DNA of 63,329 nucleotides, counting the filler, from Aduncisulcus paluster (lineage: Eukaryota): the NCBI GenBank assembly GCA_024181965.1. It is 6 parts of 6 records of this genome, joined end to end, with 100 filler letters (N's around TTAATTAATTAA, not from the genome) between each part and the next. Parts side by side here need not be neighbours in the genome. Positions count along the whole stretch, not along the records: positions 22,309 to 29,998 come from BQXS01011028.1; positions 30,099 to 53,830 come from BQXS01011030.1; 4 more parts are not named here. The stretch is one strand, 5' to 3'. Of the stretch, positions 23,190 to 34,363 are shown piece after piece (position 1 is the first letter of the stretch; each line of letters starts with the position of its first letter). The notes beneath the pieces were generated by a model. The model was not told the DNA's origin and did not search any database. It saw only the letters and a program-made list of their open reading frames with translations. The position numbers and the translations under genes are program-made.

Positions 23190-24470
23190 GATTTCTTCAC
23201 TCGAGTATGTCACCATCAATTGGACAGCAATTACACCCAATGCCCATTCTTTTGGATCAAAAAAAAAAGAATGTATTCATATATTCGGTAAATTCATTCG
23301 AGTTCAAAATAATTGTGAATGGTGGGGCTTGGAATGAACTTTCAGAGGACTTGGAGGTAAGAATGCTAAGTTGATATCCGAAAAGAATATGCTGGTATGG
23401 ACAACCTTTCCCTTTTTTTGTTTGACACTGTATTAGACAAAAATACAAAAAAAAAATATCTGCAGAATCATGTAATAATGACTGCTGAGAAAGCATATCA
23501 TCACTCACTGGTCCAAGGGGGGGAAGTCCAATATATCCTGGGAAGTTTGAACCAAACTCCTCGATTTTCATGGACGAGACAGGATGAAAATCAATGATCA
23601 TGACAAAGGTTGAGGCGATAATGTCCATATCATCAACAGAGGGAGAATATGATTATCTACGGTCTTTGAAACGCACGAATAAGAACTAACTTCAAGACTC
23701 ACTGATGTGGAGTGATGAAGAAAAGCTGTCACATTTGAAGATGCCTTGATAGCAGTCTTCTAGCCTTCCCTTTACTGTAAGGAGAAAGGTTGTGAAAGTT
23801 TATAGTCCAGCATGAAACTTTAGAATGCGAGTATATGTCGAATTATACTTCATTTCTGTTGCCATCTTGTCGGAATCATCCAAAATCGAGTGTTTTGTGA
23901 AAGAATCTTTCTGTCCAACCCTATACATAGAAATAAACTCAAGAATAAGGATATATTTCCTAGTATTTGCTGGAAACTGTAAAGAATATTTCGGGGATAT
24001 GAATAGATAACGATTTGTTATCAATTGCCTTTCTTGTCATCAATCACGGGTTATCTCATTTTCATTGTTCATGTGATCATGATATCTTTGAGTTTTTGGC
24101 AGAGTATTTCATGCTTAATGGGATCAACTATCGTCTAAACAAAAGTTATTGATTTAAAAACATATCCTGAATGAGTTGGTGCATATCTCAATGTTTTATG
24201 CCTGAGGAATGGTGGATATATTTAACTATATTTCATAGATATGATCAAATAGTATGAAATGATGATGAATCAACATCCTTTGTCAATCTTCAAAAGATTA
24301 CCTTTTCGGTTTCATATTAGACAAGAGTGTTCAACAGACTTCAACAAATTCGAAGCCATTTTATAATAATTTTTAAAAATACAAATGTTCGAGACTTTCC
24401 CCTATTTTTCATGGTGAGAAGGGGTGTTGTCAGCATTTGTGTGCAATATTCCGCGTAATAATCGTTAGAG
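23190..24470 (+). mobile_element. Possible heavily decayed Ty3/gypsy pol remnant
   Basis: Colinear fragments across frames: QLDSNYTQCP, SFEFKI..TF(Q)R, GMDNLSLF, EVQYILG, G*K..TKVEAI...YLRSL, LMWSDEE, FHCSCDH. Many stops and frameshifts; no LTRs seen. Confidence 0.4.
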
Positions 24471-24653
24471 ATACAATAACGATAATAATACTACTGATAT
24501 TAATCAAATTAGTAATCGATTATCTTACATCTCGTTCATTTTTAATGTCTGACGCTTGAAGTGTTTCTCACAAGAATCCCTATGAAGGGGCCGACCCTCA
24601 AACTAAATTAAGAGTATATATTCGTGTTTTCATTGAGTTGAGAGATAAATTTA

Positions 24654-25883
24654 CTATAAATATGGGTATAAATTCTCTTGTTTGACCTTGATATTGGACG
24701 AGTTTTCATTAATGTTATTTGGATCAGATATTATGAATCCATTCCTATTACCACTTATGAACAGATCAAAACGAGGAGAAATGTTTTTATCATCATTATT
24801 ATCAGCAAAATAAGCACTATAAGGAGACTCTGGGGGTATTTTGGGTTCAGATATAGGTTTGGACGGATGATTTGAAGAGGAAGGGCTATAATTAGAATCG
24901 TTGCTATTTATAGAAGTTTGAGAATCAATTAGGATATTTATGGAGCTATTGTGTGAAATATCTTTCAAAATATATTTAAGAATCAATTCTAAATCAGAAA
25001 TTTTGATTCTATTTTCATGAACCATTTTCTCTGAATATTCTCCATTGATATTGATATTGTAATTGATATTGTAATTGTTGGTTGTGTTATAATTATTATT
25101 ATTATTTACATATTTAAGATCTGAAAGAGTTTCCAATATGGAACCAAGGATATCTACGGATAAAACGCCGTTAATAAATGCATTTAAGATGCATGAATAC
25201 ATTGCATCGAAACTATCCTCATCAATGACCAAAATTAGAGAGGAGATATACTCGGATATATCATCGATAAGCTCATAATCATCGGTTTCTTCATAAATAT
25301 CAATAATATCAATAATATCCTCGAGATACTCCATATAAATGTCGAAATAACCGTCATCAAAAACCAAATAACCGGGATTAATGTCATCAATTTCGAAAAA
25401 CTCAAGAAATGGGATATGAATCACTGATTTAATTGATTGATTTGAATAACTAGCTTCACTCAGAAATAATTGATCTAAAAAATCCTCCATTTCATGAGGA
25501 ATTTCAAACAATTCTTCTTCTTGAAGAGGTTCAAATAATGCCAGGAAAAGTTCTTCAAAAAATTCTTCGTCAAGTTCATCGCCATTCAAAAAAAGTGAAT
25601 TATCATCCTGGAAAATCTCATTAATCTCAACAAATACATCTAATGCCATATCAATAAATTCGTAAATGTCCTCATCTGTGTTAAAAACATCAGGGAACGT
25701 TGAAAATAATGTATTTACAATTTCATCATAGAATATTTCAAGATCTTCTTCTTTTAGATATTGATCGCTATTATTTTGTTCATTTTGAATTGATTCATCT
25801 GATGATATAGAATAAATTAAAGGAATTAAGTTGATACAAAATAACAAAGTTAACAACCAATAGAAAGGTATTCCGGGATTCAT
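24654..25883 (-). CDS. Highly acidic putative secreted protein
   Basis: Signal-like MNPGIPFYWLLTLLFCINLIPLIYS followed by D/E-rich helical region and an Asn-rich tract. Confidence 0.7.
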   Translation of the reverse strand: MNPGIPFYWLLTLLFCINLIPLIYSISSDESIQNEQNNSDQYLKEEDLEIFYDEIVNTLFSTFPDVFNTDEDIYEFIDMALDVFVEINEIFQDDNSLFLNGDELDEEFFEELFLALFEPLQEEELFEIPHEMEDFLDQLFLSEASYSNQSIKSVIHIPFLEFFEIDDINPGYLVFDDGYFDIYMEYLEDIIDIIDIYEETDDYELIDDISEYISSLILVIDEDSFDAMYSCILNAFINGVLSVDILGSILETLSDLKYVNNNNNYNTTNNYNINYNININGEYSEKMVHENRIKISDLELILKYILKDISHNSSINILIDSQTSINSNDSNYSPSSSNHPSKPISEPKIPPESPYSAYFADNNDDKNISPRFDLFISGNRNGFIISDPNNINENSSNIKVKQENLYPYL

Positions 25884-26267
25884 ATTCCGAAAGATCGAAG
25901 TAAAAATGTTGTTAAACTTATTTTTATATGGCAAAGTCGCTATATAAAATTGACCGCCACCAAAATGGAATGATCCGGATATTGTTGAAACTTTATAATC
26001 TTCATTAATTATCAAACATAGATATAATAAGTGAAATGTATTGTAGTTAAGTTTCCAATTGGTCTGTAATCAATTGTTCATACTTCGATAGGAACGAATT
26101 AGGGATTCTTTTCATTTTTCTTTCGAATTAAGTTCAGATACGTGATCTTCATACGTTATTTGTCCATAATATTTCCATTTAATTATGAAAATGTTCTCAT
26201 AAATAAATTTAGCTTCTGTTATAACTGTTTTTCCATCATTGCTTGTAAATAATGCTGATTGGTTGAC

Positions 26268-27149
26268 ATGTCATTTATTAATCTTCATTCTTTTCTTTCA
26301 AAACAAAAATCTATTCCTGGAAAGGATGATCTAGAAAGAATAATTCATGAATATGGAAAATTGTTTGCTCCCTGTATAACTCCCAAGTTTTCCGAATGTT
26401 CCCTGGCTGAAGATGTAAAAGACATTCTTCATAATAAGTTTGGTGGTATTCCGTATTGTTCTGAAGCCTATCCCCACGTAATGTGTTCAGAGTGTGGGGA
26501 AACAAGTTATTTGTTATGTCAGATTGATTTATCAACTGTTCCACCCGATATTCTTCCGCCTTCAATTCCTACTCGTGGTTTACTTCAGGCCTTTTTGTGT
26601 TGTGCGGACTGTGGCGATATGGGTACTGTTCGCATCATCCCCCAAGATACCCTAACTCACCCACACGTTATTCCCTCTTATGCACTTGATCTTTTGGAGA
26701 AAGAGAGTGAGAAGAAGGGTGCCAAAGATGATGAAGCAGAATCAGAAGCTCCTCCTTCTTATGAACTTCAAAAGGGTCCATTCAAATGCAACCGTGTTAC
26801 TTCTTGGAGTGACACCCAATATATGCTCCCATATAACAACATAGAAGACGCATTCACATACGTGTATGGAAAAGAGGTTGAGGAGAGCATCCGAGGGGAC
26901 CTTGATTTACTCCAAGAAATGGCAGATGCTATCGTTCCTTCCGGTGATTATTTTGGTGGTTGGTCCGTATATATTCAATCCACACTGACAGAATGCGAGT
27001 GTTCCACGTGCAAGAGTGTTGTTATGAATGTCGTACAGATCGAGAGTGAATGTGGTGTTGAGTATGGGTTCTGCGATTGTGGAAGGGCATATGTCACCGT
27101 TTGTCCTAATCATTTGAGTGAATTGGAAATTACTTGGGATTGTGATTGA
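26268..27149 (+). CDS. DUF1963/YwqG-like (TYPP-fold, PDCD2/Tsr4-related) protein
   Basis: KFGGIPY..CSECG..LLCQIDLS..P.RGLLQAFL; second half FGGWSVYIQ..CSTC..VVQIES..FCDCGRAYVTVCPNH..ITWDC. Confidence 0.75.
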   Translation: MSFINLHSFLSKQKSIPGKDDLERIIHEYGKLFAPCITPKFSECSLAEDVKDILHNKFGGIPYCSEAYPHVMCSECGETSYLLCQIDLSTVPPDILPPSIPTRGLLQAFLCCADCGDMGTVRIIPQDTLTHPHVIPSYALDLLEKESEKKGAKDDEAESEAPPSYELQKGPFKCNRVTSWSDTQYMLPYNNIEDAFTYVYGKEVEESIRGDLDLLQEMADAIVPSGDYFGGWSVYIQSTLTECECSTCKSVVMNVVQIESECGVEYGFCDCGRAYVTVCPNHLSELEITWDCD

Positions 27150-27230
27150 TTCGAATCATTGATTTCAAGAATATAATAAATCTACTAAATATAGTCTCAA
27201 TAGATCTATATATATACATGTATAATTGAT

Positions 27231-28853
27231 TTAGATCAATTTAGGGGAAATTATTGCGCCATACAATTGTTTTTGGAAATCAAGGGAATCGATTATCAAA
27301 GTAACAGTTGAGAGAGGTAAAGAAGGTTTCATATAGACACATATTTTTGGCATTGAATGAGATTGGATGTATTTTGCACTGAAAATAATCCCTGGAAACT
27401 GTTCAGAAAATATTTCTTTTATGTATTTTGTGGATATTCTATCGGGTAGTTTTGTGAGTGTGAAGCAAGAGACTTCATCTCCTGGACGGTAAGATGACAT
27501 CTTTGTTTCTGAACTTAGCATCGATTCTGATAAAGCTTTCTCGCAAAGATCAACACGTTTGGCGTCATTATTGGGACCCCAAATTAAACAATCTTTTGTA
27601 ATTTTGTTCACAATGGCTATCGAACAATGCTCTTTGAAATAAAGGTTAAACTTCGATTCATCAAACGAACCGACTTCAAAGGAACCCAACAAACATGTCG
27701 TCACATTTTGGAAATTGAACTTGATCTCCTTTACAATCAGGGGGGAGACAGGAACCAAGTGACCACGACGCATGAAATATATAGCCACACAGAAATAATG
27801 TAATTGATTGTTCCATGACATTGCAATACGGGGGTACATCAGAGACTCATCCACGATGGGAGGAGCGGGGGAAGAAGCGGAGAAGGATTGACAATGAAAA
27901 TCGGCAGGATCTTTGGGGGCGAAATGATCAAGAATAAATTTCTTCCAAGCTGGAATGAACCTTGAATCCTTACTTATATTAAAGATAGCTCTTGTGAAGG
28001 CTGAACTGAGGACTTGATTCTTTCCTTTGAAGGGTTGAACCTTCGTGTTTGGCATACTGATAAAAAATATATGTTTCTCAAGTTCATCAAGCTGTTGACT
28101 ACTTCCTTTTATCGTGACATTCTTGGTTTTTCTATCAATTGAAGTTTCAATGCTTGAAACACAGTCAGGACAACATTTTCGCAAATCTCGAACCATTTCG
28201 TCCAATGTAAGAAGGTCGGCCTTTTTGGTTTTCTTTGGAAATACCATCGGTGGAGATGCTAAGCTAGAGTGAATAGTAAATTCGTCACGGAATAGTTCAG
28301 AATTATCGTGACAATCAAGGCGGATTGGAGATATGCTTTCCCTCTCTCGATCTTTCATTGGAACAGGTGGGAATAAGGTCTCAGAGCACATTCCATAGAT
28401 AAAACAAGCATGAGAGTCTCTATAAATTAAGCAACGTCGAGGAATGGAGCCAATTCGTTCAAGTTCAAGAAAGTCGTCAAATGAGTACCCTTTGGCCCGA
28501 TATAGATTAGACGAATCTATTGAGTCTTCGACAATATATACATTATATCCAGGTAATTGTTTGGAGAGAATATCAGAAAGTGAATCAGAACAATAAGATA
28601 TCGTTGAACTTGAAGAAGAAATCGTGGAAGGATGCTTGGGTTCAGAACCTGCCCTAATAGAAAGCGAAAATCGTAGAAATGATGGCAATAAACATTTTAA
28701 AGATCCTTCAAATTCATATCTTTTCGATTTTTTATGCGAAATCGTTTCAAAAATGCCTAACTTGGTAAGCTTTTGTTTAACATATTTTTTATCGGTGGAA
28801 CTAGTATCAATACTTTGAATAATTACAGAAAACTTCGATTTAATGCGTTCCAT
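27231..28853 (-). CDS. Hypothetical protein (~540 aa)
   Basis: Long uninterrupted ORF; no family recognised. Confidence 0.75.
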   Translation of the reverse strand: MERIKSKFSVIIQSIDTSSTDKKYVKQKLTKLGIFETISHKKSKRYEFEGSLKCLLPSFLRFSLSIRAGSEPKHPSTISSSSSTISYCSDSLSDILSKQLPGYNVYIVEDSIDSSNLYRAKGYSFDDFLELERIGSIPRRCLIYRDSHACFIYGMCSETLFPPVPMKDRERESISPIRLDCHDNSELFRDEFTIHSSLASPPMVFPKKTKKADLLTLDEMVRDLRKCCPDCVSSIETSIDRKTKNVTIKGSSQQLDELEKHIFFISMPNTKVQPFKGKNQVLSSAFTRAIFNISKDSRFIPAWKKFILDHFAPKDPADFHCQSFSASSPAPPIVDESLMYPRIAMSWNNQLHYFCVAIYFMRRGHLVPVSPLIVKEIKFNFQNVTTCLLGSFEVGSFDESKFNLYFKEHCSIAIVNKITKDCLIWGPNNDAKRVDLCEKALSESMLSSETKMSSYRPGDEVSCFTLTKLPDRISTKYIKEIFSEQFPGIIFSAKYIQSHSMPKICVYMKPSLPLSTVTLIIDSLDFQKQLYGAIISPKLI

Positions 28854-29074
28854 ATTTTGGGGAAACAAAACAGGAAAAAAATCATCTCAGCGGACATCGG
28901 AGACCTCTATTTTCGTTCGAATTTGGGAGTATAATGAAACATTTGAAAGATTAGATGGTAAAATAAAAAATCAAGAGTGCAATTTTTGAAGGAAAAATTC
29001 CCCAATATACCATTAATACATGAACCGGAATTACAATTTCAAATTCATAACTCAGAATATACAAAAAAATTTAC

Positions 29075-29998
29075 TTATAAAGCCTGACTTCCAAGCAATA
29101 TCTTTTGAATTGTTGTCAATTCATGTAATAACATGTCATATAATTTGTCTTTTATGAGTGGATATATATCTTTTCCAACAACACATAATTTCCCTTCTTC
29201 ATCTTGAAGAATAAAATATAATTCGTTTTCAAAGTTGGTATGGTATGATACTTTCATTTTTAATAATCTGTCCAAGGGAATTGACAATTCAACTTTCTTG
29301 TCATGTAATAAACAATTAAATTTACCAATATCCAGAGAAGGGGTGGCAGAAGGAGCACTCAACTTATCCAAGCCCTCATCCATCGCCTGTGTTGCTGTCT
29401 TCTCAGTGGATTGAGCATGGGTGTGGGTCAAGGCTGAGGAGGAGGAGGAAGGGGCATGACGTTTCATGGGACTCGGGGAGGAGAACATGTCCGAAATATC
29501 GGCACCATCGAAACCAGCATGTTTGTCGGGCATCTTCTGGGCTCGATCAAACATCCCAAAGATGTCATCTTCTTGGTCACCAGAGGTTTCTTCTTGGGGC
29601 TTGGAGGATACGGCATCAGATGCTTGCGAGACGGGGGGGTTCGGCGCTTTCTCGTCTTTCGCAGGTTGGACCTCACGCACAGCACCAACATCGGTATTCG
29701 AGGTCAGCACAGACTCATAGATATCTTCAGAGGGTTTGGAGGATTTGGATTGTTCGGGTGCATTGGATATCTTGGATGGCTTAAGTTCATTGGGTTCCTT
29801 GGGTTCATTGGGTTCGGTGGAGTCGGTGGACGCAGCTTTCGGGGTCTCGGCGAGTTCTTCTGATACATTCGCTTCTTCTTCTTCTTTCTCTTCATGTTCG
29901 GTTGGAGTGGCAGCAGCTTTCTCACCAGATTCTTCCTCGTCCTTGGATTCTTCATTGGGCTCGGAGGTTGTTTCTGCTTCTTTCGTTTCCTTATCTTC
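29075..29998 (-). CDS. Acidic low-complexity protein with a small C-terminal globular domain, 5' partial
   Basis: Frame is open from the linker (EDKETKEAETTSEPNEESKDEEE...) into ORF 29075..29710. Confidence 0.75.
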   Translation of the reverse strand, partial: EDKETKEAETTSEPNEESKDEEESGEKAAATPTEHEEKEEEEANVSEELAETPKAASTDSTEPNEPKEPNELKPSKISNAPEQSKSSKPSEDIYESVLTSNTDVGAVREVQPAKDEKAPNPPVSQASDAVSSKPQEETSGDQEDDIFGMFDRAQKMPDKHAGFDGADISDMFSSPSPMKRHAPSSSSSALTHTHAQSTEKTATQAMDEGLDKLSAPSATPSLDIGKFNCLLHDKKVELSIPLDRLLKMKVSYHTNFENELYFILQDEEGKLCVVGKDIYPLIKDKLYDMLLHELTTIQKILLGSQAL

Positions 29999-30098
29999 NN
30001 NNNNNNNNNNNNNNNNNNNNNNNNNNNNNNNNNNNNNNNNNNTTAATTAATTAANNNNNNNNNNNNNNNNNNNNNNNNNNNNNNNNNNNNNNNNNNNN

Positions 30099-33000
30099 CT
30101 CTCATGGTCTCTCTTCTTTCTCCATTCCGTCCCTTCTTTTCCTTCATTCCACCACTTCTGCATCAGTTCGAGATTCCGCACTGATCTCTGCTTACTCAGA
30201 ACAATGGGGGAAGATTCAAATAAGTCAGCTGAAGCTACAACACCGAAACGTCCTTCCTTCTTTTGTTTTTTCTGAGTATGTTCACGTTCCATTACATTTT
30301 CCTTTTCCTTCCTTTCCATTGTTTTCCCCTTGGATGAATCAGATGGGTTAGAATCAAGCGGAATAAAGTGATCGTCAAGCTCTTCATCTTCAAACCATGC
30401 ATAAGCATCCTTCTTTTGCTGCTTGTCTGGACTAATACTTCCACTTCCATGGCTGCCATCATCATGAGACAGCCCTTGTTGCTGGTGTACTGAGGTCTGA
30501 AGACTCTGGTGAAGCCTGCTTGAATAACCTTTCGAGGAATATAACATATTACCATGACCATGACTATGACCATGATAGCCATGTAGACCATCATGAATAC
30601 GATCAATTCCAATTCCTCCCATTCTTTCCTCAATTTCCTCAATTTCTTCTTCTATTTTTGGAACCACACCAGATCTAAAAATAGAATGATACACACCGGT
30701 CTTGTGAGAAAGTTCTGCAGCCTTAAATGTAGGCACATCTTCTTCTTGTCCTCCAGATCTTCTTCTTCCTTTGTGAGTTGACTGGTGGCTATATTGACTC
30801 ATGGTTGATGATTTTTTCTTTCCTCGGAGTCTCTTCTTCCTCTCTTCTTCGATCTTTGCTCTTCTTATCTCCAGTGCTTTCCTCTTCTGTTCCATAGCTT
30901 CCATATCTTCTCTCTCACGTTTCCTAAAATAGAACTCATCGGTGCCAAGTTCTTGGGCTCTAAAAGCAGCTCTCTCATGCTGTTGAGCTCTCTGAATATC
31001 ATCATTACGAAGGGCATGGCGAAGAGACAGTGATAACCATTCTTCTCCTTCTCCTTCTACTTCTTGACAATGAGGATGAGGATCAACTTCTTTCTTTCTT
31101 TTGTTTCCTTGAATCATCTTTGGGGTTGGTTTTGGTTTTGTTGATACTCTACTTTTCACATCCGGTATAGCTCTTTCTCTCTCTTTAACTCCTTGATGAT
31201 GCTGTTTTTTGCTCCTTTGAGTCTTGTTTGTTATTGTACCACCAACGATAATTTCTTGATTATCTGGAGAAGCAGAAGGAGAAGGATAAGTGTCGGGGAA
31301 AAACTTATGTAGTTCTTCGCTGAGGGCTTCTTCAAGCAGCGGGGAAGCTATTTTAACCCTTTTAAGACTATCATACTGCTCCAATGCATCGGATTTCTGA
31401 ATCCTTAGGTGTCGATGTTTTCCGTGTTGATCGAGTGGAGCAGAATAGGATTTTTTGGGATGAGAATGAGGTTCTTCATAATTCATCTCAATTCCTTCAT
31501 TTCCTTTCTTGTCGTCAGTCCCCCCAGTTGTTGTATCAGCTTCAAGAGGAAGTTGCATGGAAGAAATAGGTTGAATCATCATTTTCTTATTGCTGATGCT
31601 CTTTCTCTTTGCATCTTCATCTCTTTCCGTAACAATAGCTTCCGATTCATTGTCAACCCTGTCTCCACGATAAGTTAACTCTCTGAAAGACAATCTGCCG
31701 CTCTGGTTGTGATCATGGGAGACCGAAAGATCGCCCCATTCATGAGTGTCTTCATCGATCGTGTCTCTTGTGTCTCTTNNNNNNNNNNNNNNNNNNNNGA
31801 AATAGGTTGAATCATCATTTTCTTATTGCTGATGCTCTTTCTCTTTGCATCTTCATCTCTTTCCGTAACAATAGCTTCCGATTCATTGTCAACCCTGTCT
31901 CCACGATAAGTTAACTCTCTGAAAGACAATCTGCCGCTCTGGTTGTGATCATGGGAGACCGAAAGATCGCCCCATTCATGAGTGTCTTCATCGATCGTGT
32001 CTCTTGTGTCTCTTGTGTCTCTTTTGGAGTGTGAAGAGGAGGCAATAGAGGGACCAACAGAAATACCATCAACAGTGCCTCCAGTTACATGGGTAATATC
32101 AGGCTGATCTACTCTCCTTTCTGCCCCACTGGTCCTCTTTGCTATTGGTTTTGAACTGGCTATTCCTTTCCACTCATGTTGAATTCCGGCAATGTCTGTT
32201 TGTTGGGGCAGATCGGAGTGAGGGAGAGGAATGGGAGATAACATGGATGAAGACGTTCTATTTGTTTTCTTAAGCTCCAATTGACGTCTTGATGACTCCT
32301 TAATCCATTCATAGACTTGGAACCAGACAGATACAAGCATAAATGGACCATAAGCTATCTTTTGGAGATTAGAACCAATTATGGCGACTGTATCAAATTG
32401 TAAAAATAATTTTGAAAAACCAAGAGTTTGAATTGTACTAAAAAATAGCGACAATAATGATAACGAAGCAGCAGCAGCAGGATCTTTGTTATCTCCAATA
32501 TCGGCTGTTAAAGCCATCTTTTTGGCCCCTGATGGAGTCATTTTGGTATATTTAACGGTTCCACAAATATCAATTTCGCCGCTAGAAATAGCAGAAGGGA
32601 ATAAATTCGACAATAATAATACTGGAAGTTTTCCAAGAGCTAATTGTTTGGCTAAATACATTTCGGTCTTATTTGGCGATCTATTTCTAGCAGATAATGT
32701 TAGTTGTGATGGTTTCTGCAATAGATAAGAAGGAATACTCGCTTCATCGCCTATCACAGTTGTTATCCATTCACCCAAATCAGCTAATTTCTCACGACGG
32801 GGTTTATAATAAGTAATAAAGAATATTTCAGCAGCTTCCGCCGTTAATTCAAACCATGGGGCTTTGTGAATGGCGGTAACAGAAGAAGGGACATAAACAT
32901 CGTAACAAGCTCTATCATCAATAATTATTTGCAAACAAAGGGACAAGGCAGCATGTTTCTTTGCTTTTGTATCATACATAGCCAATATTCCCTCAATATC

Positions 33001-33246
33001 ATTTGGGACTGGTGAAATTTCCCATTTTTCGGCCAATGTTTTAATTACAGGAGAATATCCAAGATTTGTCAATAAAATACTAAGTAAAGGTCCATTTGTT
33101 AACACAGAACAACAATCAAGCATGCTATCACTTCCTATAATATCAGTAACGAAACGACTAAAAATACGCCGTATAGCGCCAGGCTGCTGACCTAAAAATG
33201 TTTCATATATCCTTTTTTTCGCTCCTAATAGGTTTTTAGGCCCCAT
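30099..33246 (-). CDS. Large protein with CH-like N-terminal region and coiled coil; 3' partial; split by gap duplication
   Basis: ORFs 31675..33246 and 30047..31693 join once the 236-nt overlap is collapsed; LGEWITTV..QLALGKLPVLLLSNLFP resembles calponin-homology motifs. Confidence 0.7.
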
Positions 33247-33347
33247 ATTGTTTGATGTCGCAAGAAAAATTGCGAAATTATGAATTCTTTACTCCTTCGG
33301 CCCAAGTTGGGTCTGGATTTTTATTTTGGCTCTTTCTTCCGAATTAA

Positions 33348-33800
33348 ATGGGATCCAAAAAAGATAAAGAGTCAAAAACGATTTTAAAGAAGCTTTTAAT
33401 TGTTTTTCCAATTGTATATATCGGTTCGATTATCTTTAGCTTGCTCTGTACTTTATTTTTCTCTGATGTTGCATTAAAACAGTTTATTAAAGTTCCATTC
33501 GGTCTAAATGATTTAAACTTTTCTTCTCAATATGGAATATTAGTTTTTATAACTATATTCTTTGTTTTATTTCTTCTCTCACTGCTGTGTGTTATTTTCG
33601 TTAAAGCACCGGAAATGGTATGGGATTATCAAATAACCTTTCTTATTTTGTGGTATTTATTATCAATGTTGGTCAATTTGAAAGCCATTAATAACTGGAT
33701 GTTTTATGCCATTGTAATTCCTCTTTGTGGACTTTTTATTGGACTAACTACATTTATTTGCAATAGAATCGAACGTAAACAAGTAATTATTACAATGTAA
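33348..33800 (+). CDS. SYS1: SYS1-like Golgi integral membrane protein
   Basis: 150 aa, four hydrophobic helices, VWDYQIT (cf. LDFxxT), NWMFY, terminal CNRIERKQVI (cf. CxxxExxxI). Confidence 0.72.
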   Translation: MGSKKDKESKTILKKLLIVFPIVYIGSIIFSLLCTLFFSDVALKQFIKVPFGLNDLNFSSQYGILVFITIFFVLFLLSLLCVIFVKAPEMVWDYQITFLILWYLLSMLVNLKAINNWMFYAIVIPLCGLFIGLTTFICNRIERKQVIITM

Positions 33801-34363
33801 TACGAGGTTTTTGGGTCAACCTGCTTATATTCCCTCATATATTACAAGGTGACTATTTCTTTAATATTCGTCATAAACAGAACTATATTGGGAAATTATT
33901 GTGTTTTAGAGTACATTTTATTAAGAAATAGCTTTAATAATTGATATTAAATGATAAATAATAATATAATTTCAGAGGTCGAGATCTTCCAAGAGTTTTT
34001 GGTACTTGGAGGAAATTGTATTTTAAAAAAATAACATAAAATGAGAACAAAATATAAATTATTTCTCGTTCCATAGTTTTTCAAAAGAAATATCATAAAT
34101 ATTATTTTTCTCCCAAATCTCATCGAAAATTGGGTTATTTCTGCTTCTTTTTATATAGATATACTATAACAAAGTTGTTTGTGATAAGCTGCTTTTCCCC
34201 TCTTTCAAATATGTAATATCCCTAAATCACTCACTATCACATAATCAAACTGCTCCAACCTAGTTTTGGAAATGAAATAAATTCAATAAATAAGATATCT
34301 GATAGCCCAAATGTACATTGTACAAACACCGAGAGTTTGATTTGTTTAACCACTCAGACAGCT

